The notes under the pieces are model-generated. The model saw only the letters and a program-made list of their open reading frames with translations. It did no database searches and had not been told where the DNA came from. This document shows positions 56,849-64,000 of a DNA stretch of 64,000 nucleotides, piece by piece (position 1 is the stretch's first letter; every line of letters starts with the position of its first letter). The DNA lies in assembly GCF_006345805.1 (NCBI RefSeq), contig NC_042998.1, forward strand, positions 173,538,001-173,602,000, in the 5' to 3' direction. Made by a program: the position numbers and the translations under genes. The DNA is from Octopus sinensis. Taxonomy: Eukaryota.

Positions 56849-57319
56849 TACATTGACTTAATCCTTTGTTTTATGATTCAGTCAGTTATTTCCGTAAATA
56901 AGACTAATCAAACATGGAAAAAGCAAGAAAGTCATTCAGAAACACACAAAGTTCGGATTAAATGAAGTTAACGATGTTTGGGTGTTTCTGAAAGGATTTG
57001 TTTCCTCCGGACTGCAATCTATTTACTTTCAAGTAAGTTTCAGTCATTTACAAAGTTAAATTTACATTAAAAAAATTAAATTAAACTACGAAATTTTACA
57101 AGTAATATTTAGGTGCTTAGCAATAGCAGTGTAATAAGCACTGGATCACTATCCACGTTTTGGAAAACAATCTCATCTTACGTTCAAAGTACAAATTTTC
57201 GAGAACAGTTTTAGGACATTTCTAAGTCTTACTAATTTTCCGGGTACTGGCTAGTAATATATGTGTGTGTATGTGTGTGTGTGTGTTTGTGTGTATGTAT
57301 GTGTGTGCGTATATGCATA

Positions 57320-57660
57320 TCTCTCTATATATAAAACTGAGAATGTGTGTGTGTGTGTGTCTGTCTGTCTGTCTGTCTGTCTGTGTGTTTCCTTAAAACT
57401 TGAGAACTACACAACCAATTTCATTCAAATTTTACACATGCCTTACTTAGGGTCCATGTAGTTTCATGGTCAAAAAAATGTTCAATTTCTTGCCTAGTGC
57501 GAGCCCACAGCAATATCGTATCTTCTCCATTATTTTAGTATTACGTGTTAAAAGTGAAACAAAAATATTTCTCTATTTTATGTCGGATACTTTCACGTTA
57601 ACAATAAAAATAATAATAACAATTGAATTATATGTAGTAAGTAATAATTAAAATCAAACT
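57320..57660 (+). mobile_element. Non-autonomous Helitron 5' part (same family as 3494-3775)
   Basis: A|TCTCTCTATATATAAAACTGAG, (TG)/(TCTG)n, CCAATTTCATTCAAATTTTACACATG...TTCTTGCCTAGTGCGAGCCCACAGCAAT. A separate CTAG|T end lies just upstream at 57251-57254. The 3' end is uncertain. Confidence 0.7.
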
Positions 57661-58871
57661 AAAGTATAATATAATCGTAACATAACAAAAGTAAAAATAG
57701 CAATTGGTATAAAATTGCATCAAGGATTTGAACTTGAATAAGTGGTTTCACATGAATGGGAATAAATTAAAAATAAAATTAGCGTGCAGAAATGGAATAG
57801 TCCTACAATTCCAGTCTGTTATATATTTTCAGTATTGTTATCACTAGCGATATCAAGATATAACTTTGTATTTTGTATTTTATGTGTAGATGTATATATA
57901 TATATATATGTACATGTAATATGTACACATATATATACACATATATACATGCACTAGCACTTTGACCCGGCAAAGACGGGTCATAATGCTAGTATATATA
58001 TATAATGTGCGTCTATATGTGTGTGTGCATATATTTGTGTATGTATGTAGATAGATAGATGCAGATTTCCAAATATTGAAGCAGTTTGAAACTCTTGAAT
58101 CTTGACCAATTAAACACACAAACACACACTCACACATGCACAAAGACACACAAATATATATATGTGTGTGTCTGTGTGTCTGTGTGTATGTGTGTGTGAG
58201 TGTGTGTGTGTGTGTGGTGTGTGTGTGTGTGTGTGTGCGTGTGTGTGTGTGTGTGTGTTTGTGTATATTTATCTTTATTGCAAGTTTTATTGTCTTTCAT
58301 CATATGTAGGGTAATCACAAGCTGAATCTATACACATTTCCTCAGCGATTTTGCACAGATGTTGTAACACACGTGTCAGATTAACCTCGAAAAGATATCT
58401 CTCACTTGGCCAAGCACTGGCATTGGTGCATTATATATGAGGTTATCCAAGTGATTCAATCCATTCCACCCTTTCTGACATTCGTAAATATGGATATCGG
58501 TGACTGCTTGTAATATGATTTAGAATTTGGAATGTGTGTGCGTGCATCTGTTATGCGTCACGAGAGTTTAACGAATATGGACATATATTATGCAGTGGTA
58601 AAAATTTCACCTGAGGTTAAACTTGATAAATTGACAATGTGTATATATTCTTTTATTAGTTGCAGCCTGTGGATTTGGAAATACTTTGACACCATATATC
58701 TTACGAAATTAATAAACACGTGCAGTATAACGCTTGTCAGGAAGGGGAGTTATCTCGACGCTTCGGAAAAAACACGGAGAGACGAAAAAATAACAATAGT
58801 ATCAAAAAGAACTTCTTGTTTTTCAGTAAAAGAAAATAAGTTAAGAACGTGGAGATATACATATACATACA

Positions 58872-58907
<36 letters not shown>

Positions 58908-59076
58908 TATATATATTTTACCAAATATATACGTTTTTATTATAATCTTGCAATTTACTTAATCATTTGTATATTATTGTTATTTTATTTTTAATATTTC
59001 TATTATATGTAATTTTATAGATGGTGCAATTTAATTGTTCATTTTGAATTGATAAAAGGTGATTTTTTCCTAATTT

Positions 59077-59150
<74 letters not shown>

Positions 59151-60524
59151 CGTATATTTTGAAAAAGTGAACGATAGTAGTGTGTGCGCTTTTCACGATT
59201 TAAATCAGTATGCCTATAAGCAAAAAGGAGAAAAATAAATAAAATAAATAAAACTTTATCGTATTTGAATGTAAATTATAATTAGAGAATAAATTTCTAA
59301 GATAAATTATTATGCCCACTATTTACATAAATGTAGATAGTCAAATCAGAGTTATTATGTTTGATGCCATGAGCTTAAAAAGTAGAAACACGCGGCGATG
59401 AAAATACAATATTCATTCATAAATTATTTTCTATATCTCGGCAGGTACATCAAAAGAGACTGACAGAATAAGCACCAAGCTCTAAGAAAATCAGAACTTT
59501 GGTCGATTCTTGAAGGTGGTCCTTTAACATGGCTGAGGTTTAATGACTGAAATAAGTAGAAGGTGAAAGGTACGGTTGTCAACTTTGTACATCTATAATA
59601 ATAACATCAAAATTCTGCTTTTCCGTCTGAAACCTCTGTATCTCAGGCTGCATTTTCTCTAAGTAGACATATTATACGCTTTTGGAATCAGGATGGTCCC
59701 ACGTTTGAGAATATACCCTTCATTTGTTTCTTGAACATCCAGCATTGAGATATGATTTAAAAGCATTTGGACTGCTGTTTTTAGAAGGTAAACTTTTGCT
59801 GACCCACGCCATCTTGGTTGGTATTTGTCAAATGACGACAGAGATCAAGAGGGAAATAAATGACACTTCCTTCGTTAAATTTACATCGCGATAAGAACTT
59901 TGGGACAAATTGGCCAATAGTTGGAATTCAACTTAGGACTGCATGATTGTATTACAAAATTAATTCTCATCTTAACCTCTCATCTTAACCTTTCACTTTA
60001 CCCTGTCATCTTAACCTCTAATCAAACACCACCGGGGTATATGGTCATTATAGACGTATCATAGTCATGCTATTTAGCTCTTTTAATTTTCAGCCGGCGG
60101 CCCAATTAACCTTCGGCAGGAGACAGCTCAGAAGTTCGCACGGAGTGCGGATTTTAAACTAGTATTTAATAACTATAAACATATAGAAGGCGGTGAGTTA
60201 GTCGAATCATTAGCACACCGAACACAATAATTAGATGCATTTAGTCGTTCTTTGTGTTATGAAATAAAAACGTTACCATTCATTTTTCGGAGTCGATAAA
60301 ATAAATAACACTTCAGCACTGAGGTCCATGCGATGGACTTACACCCTCCCCCGATATTGCTGACTTTCAACCAAATTTTGCAAACAATAATTATGAATAT
60401 ATGTGTTTTTTGTGAATGTATCTATGTATCTAAGTACATTACTCAGAATTTAACATATACGGAAAAAATATGTATGCTCAATGGTGGCAGCGCTTATTGG
60501 TGAAGCAGACCCTAACGATGCCTA

Positions 60525-60587
60525 TTGTTATTGGAAGATGTATAAGACTCTTTTTGTTATTGGAAGATGTATAAGACTCTTTTTGTT
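60525..60587. repeat. 29-bp tandem duplication
   Basis: TTGTTATTGGAAGATGTATAAGACTCTTT twice. Confidence 0.9.
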
Positions 60588-61699
60588 TGTTAATTTGAGT
60601 AAAGTGATGACAATAGATAAATGGATGTAACAGCATATATTTACAAATTGATAACAGAATAAAGTATATAGAACGAAACAATACATAAACTAATAAAAGT
60701 GTTGGTGATAATTTCACATATTTTGTTTAATCTAAATTATATACAGAAAATAAATATCTTACTGAGAGACATTATAAGGAATACCATCAGCATAAAGAAA
60801 TAGTAAAGTCAATATTGTTATGTTTAATGCCTTAACTTTAAAACAACTGTGGTGAGACGAAATAAAATATTTATTTACAACTTACATTATTTTAAGAATT
60901 TCGCTAACAAAGGTGTAAATTTGTACTTGTTTAATAATTAAAATAATTTTAATCTTTAAGTAAAATGGTAATTTCTTCAGCTCATGATAAGTTTCAATTA
61001 GTATTTTAAAGCTCACTGTAATAACTAACTTTATTACTCTTTCATACATGGGTAGTGGCCATGATAGCCCACTAATTTAACCTCTGAAATATGCTGGGTT
61101 TCAAAGTTTCACGTTTATAGTATTATGTATCATTATTATTTCGAGTAGCAAACTTTACTGGAATTTTTACTCCTTTAGTTGACGCAATCATTAAAATAAT
61201 TTACTCGTTTAAATCTCATTGCGTTCGTTCTTAGCTGAGACATCATCGTCTAACGATTATGACCTCTCGGCTGTTTCATCCTCGTCACAGCAATATATGA
61301 AGGATGCATCAGCTAAAGAAATAGAGAACAGCACAAACAAATGATTTCGAACATTTTCAGTTGAGTAAGCTAGCGAAATATGAAATTCAGTGCTTTTTTT
61401 CAAAAGGTACGACACATCACTCTGGCCAACAATCGAAACTACAACCGTACAATTGTGAGGCCAACACTCTAACTACTTAAGACACTTGCTTGCATATGAT
61501 AACACCGATTTTTCAACCTAAATACTTTCTCTCAGTAATTTATTCTCAAAAATATGCTATTCTCATAGATGCTTGTGTAAAAATTTTTCATCTACTTAGT
61601 GATACTCTGTTGACAAATAGAGTGGTCTAAAATTGACCAATGCATGCCCCGTAATGTCTTCCATATTTTCCGATATAATTAAAATAATTTTAGCGATTT

Positions 61700-62613
61700 A
61701 TTAATATTGTCTTTTCCGCACAGCATAATTATTTTCAATTAGACTTTTAATGTTCTCCGCATGAAATTTGATGACAATAATTTGTCTGTTAAATTTATTT
61801 AGCTTTCTATTATTAAATGAAGAATATTTGAAATTATTTATATTTTTTCCTGCAACTTTTATTGATTTGAAAATGTCTGGAAACTTCAAGTTTGTCTTTA
61901 GGGGAAAGAAAGAATTTCCATACGCGTATATTGAAGGGTTATTCATCTTGCCATCTTAATGTAAATGACCTCTCCTAAATTGCAATAATTTCATCTCCAA
62001 TAAGTTTCCATTATGAATATTCAGTCCAGTTACTTTAGGATCGAGTAAAATATCTAAACATTTGAAGTATTTATTGTAGTGCTCAATTCTGTCTTTCATT
62101 ATATTATTTCCTACGATTTCTATATACATACAGTGTGAGCCTATTTATCCCGTACTCTTCCAAAGTCATAGATACAGTACTTGAATACCTGTCAAATCTA
62201 GGTTTATCTCCTATCACGTATTTCTCCATTCATATATTACCTGTTGATATCAGAAAACTAATATATTTCTATCCTAAGATAGAACACTGTGAAACTAATA
62301 TATTTCCATCTTATATGCTAAACAGGGTTTTTCTTGCGTATTTCTTCACAATATGGCAGTGGATGCTGCACACTTCTATTAGAAAATTTTCCTTGCAACT
62401 GGAGATCGGTTATGTTTGCACTTGCCACATGTTTTGATGGTATTGTTTCTTTAATATTTCTTGCATTGATATGTAGATATGAATTGAATATCACGGATGT
62501 CATCTATCTATCTGTCTATCTATAAGTATGTCTGCCTGTCTATGTATCTATTTATCTATCTAGCTAGGTAGTTATCTATCTATCTATCTATCTATCTATA
62601 AATATATATATAT

Positions 62614-62690
<77 letters not shown>

Positions 62691-62714
62691 TACATATATG
62701 TACATATATCTATA

Positions 62715-62746
<32 letters not shown>

Positions 62747-63300
62747 ATTGTATTTTATAATAGTTGCTACGCAACGACCACATGACAACGCGTTATTTAT
62801 TATTGGTTGGATATGATGATCTTGCAACATGTGCTGTTATAGTAATGCTAGTCGTGCAACAATTACAAAAGGACTTTTTGAGGCAAGCGTAGGTTAAAAA
62901 GCTCGATTGCAATCCATCGCATAATTCTGTGTGCATGTTAATGTGTAGCACATTGGGAAAGTGCTTTTACCATACTTATACCTCAATTTATGATAGCATT
63001 GAATTAAATATAATTTGCCTGGAAGGCATTGAATGAATTGTATTTCTTTTTGATTAGTAGACCGAAATTGTAGCCCGTTTATACTATAGCTGCTCAGAGG
63101 TTCTTTGGTACCTTTAACAAAGTCCACTTTGTTGCGAGCATTTGGACAAGGATTCAAGTTTAAGCATAACTCATGATTTATGATTTCGTCTTTGTTTTCC
63201 TCTAACAATCTCTAGGGAAGACTGAGGTAAAATGTCGTCGTAGTTAGCTTTCATCAATAAACCAGTCATAAAAAAGATGCGTGTCCTATAAGATGGCCTG
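61700..63300 (-). pseudogene. Old degenerate CR1/L2-like RT remnant split by a microsatellite at 62500-62745
   Basis: Collinear eroded motifs: LNLN...KGTKEPLS, LQDHHI...GRCV, SYLHINA, VSQCSILG, KCLDILLDPK. Confidence 0.4.
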
Positions 63301-64000
63301 ACTGTCTACTAGGCGATAACATTTAACTTTGATAGTTTTGCTATTTTTTAAAAGAAAAGAGCAAGTACAACTGAGGATTATTTTGGGCAGATCCAAGCAT
63401 TAATCAATATCTCTCAGAATACATGAATGCTTGCATAAAATGAGATAATAGAAAACAACTATAACATATTTGCACTTTTAACAAAACAACATACCTATAT
63501 CTTAGAATTGTATTCATTCGTTTATTTATTCATTCTGCTATTCATCTCGTATATAACTCCAAGCACTTAATATCACTTCTCAGGTTTACTTGTTTGCTAC
63601 TTCCCCACATGCTTTTAGTTGAATCAAATTCACCGTAACTACTGAAGCTAAACAAAATAGAAAAAGAATCTAATATATATCAATTTGACAGTGTTTCAGA
63701 TTCTTCATGCAGTGAAATTTTCAAATTCTTCATGCAGTGAAATTTTCCTACCATTTGATTCATACTTGCAGTTAAACTTTACTCGTAAATTTTATTTTTT
63801 TATTGAGTACAAATGTATCAATGAAAAAGATTACTAGCCACCAATTTTTTTACCTTTTCTCACCGGCCTCCTATATCAGTCATTGTGATTCTTGGCATGG
63901 TAATGCAATTTGAATAATACCTTAAAATCATATGATAAAATATATAGATTCAGAAGTTTTAATAAATTGGTACATTCCTCGCATACTGGAAAAGTTATTC

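Noticed and set aside
59975-60025. TCTTAACC repeats resembling telomeric sequence
   Set aside because: Only three degenerate units; not a telomeric array.

Overview
AT-rich, microsatellite-dense animal genomic DNA with no host gene I can support. The repeat content (tRNA-derived SINEs, (TA)n/(CA)n/(AAT)n tracts, Penelope-like elements) suggests a cephalopod such as Octopus; this is inference from repeat style, not a database result. Recognisable content is almost all mobile DNA: a CR1/L2-group LINE reverse transcriptase with an uninterrupted frame (6.6-8.0 kb); four same-strand R4/Dong-type non-LTR copies around (TAA)n tracts (32.5-40.6 kb); Penelope-like element (PLE) fragments and pseudo-LTRs, several with hammerhead-ribozyme (HHR)-like motifs and fold-back structures beside (TA)n; non-autonomous Helitrons with TC...CTAG ends; a decayed hAT-like transposase; a deleted mariner with TIRs; and three SINE families. 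Most ORFs in the supplied track are microsatellite artefacts. Best leads: a 458-bp partial-tandem unit carrying a near-perfect hammerhead (retrozyme-like), further hammerhead motifs, and the Dong array. All analysis was by eye, so repeat boundaries are approximate unless terminal motifs are quoted.
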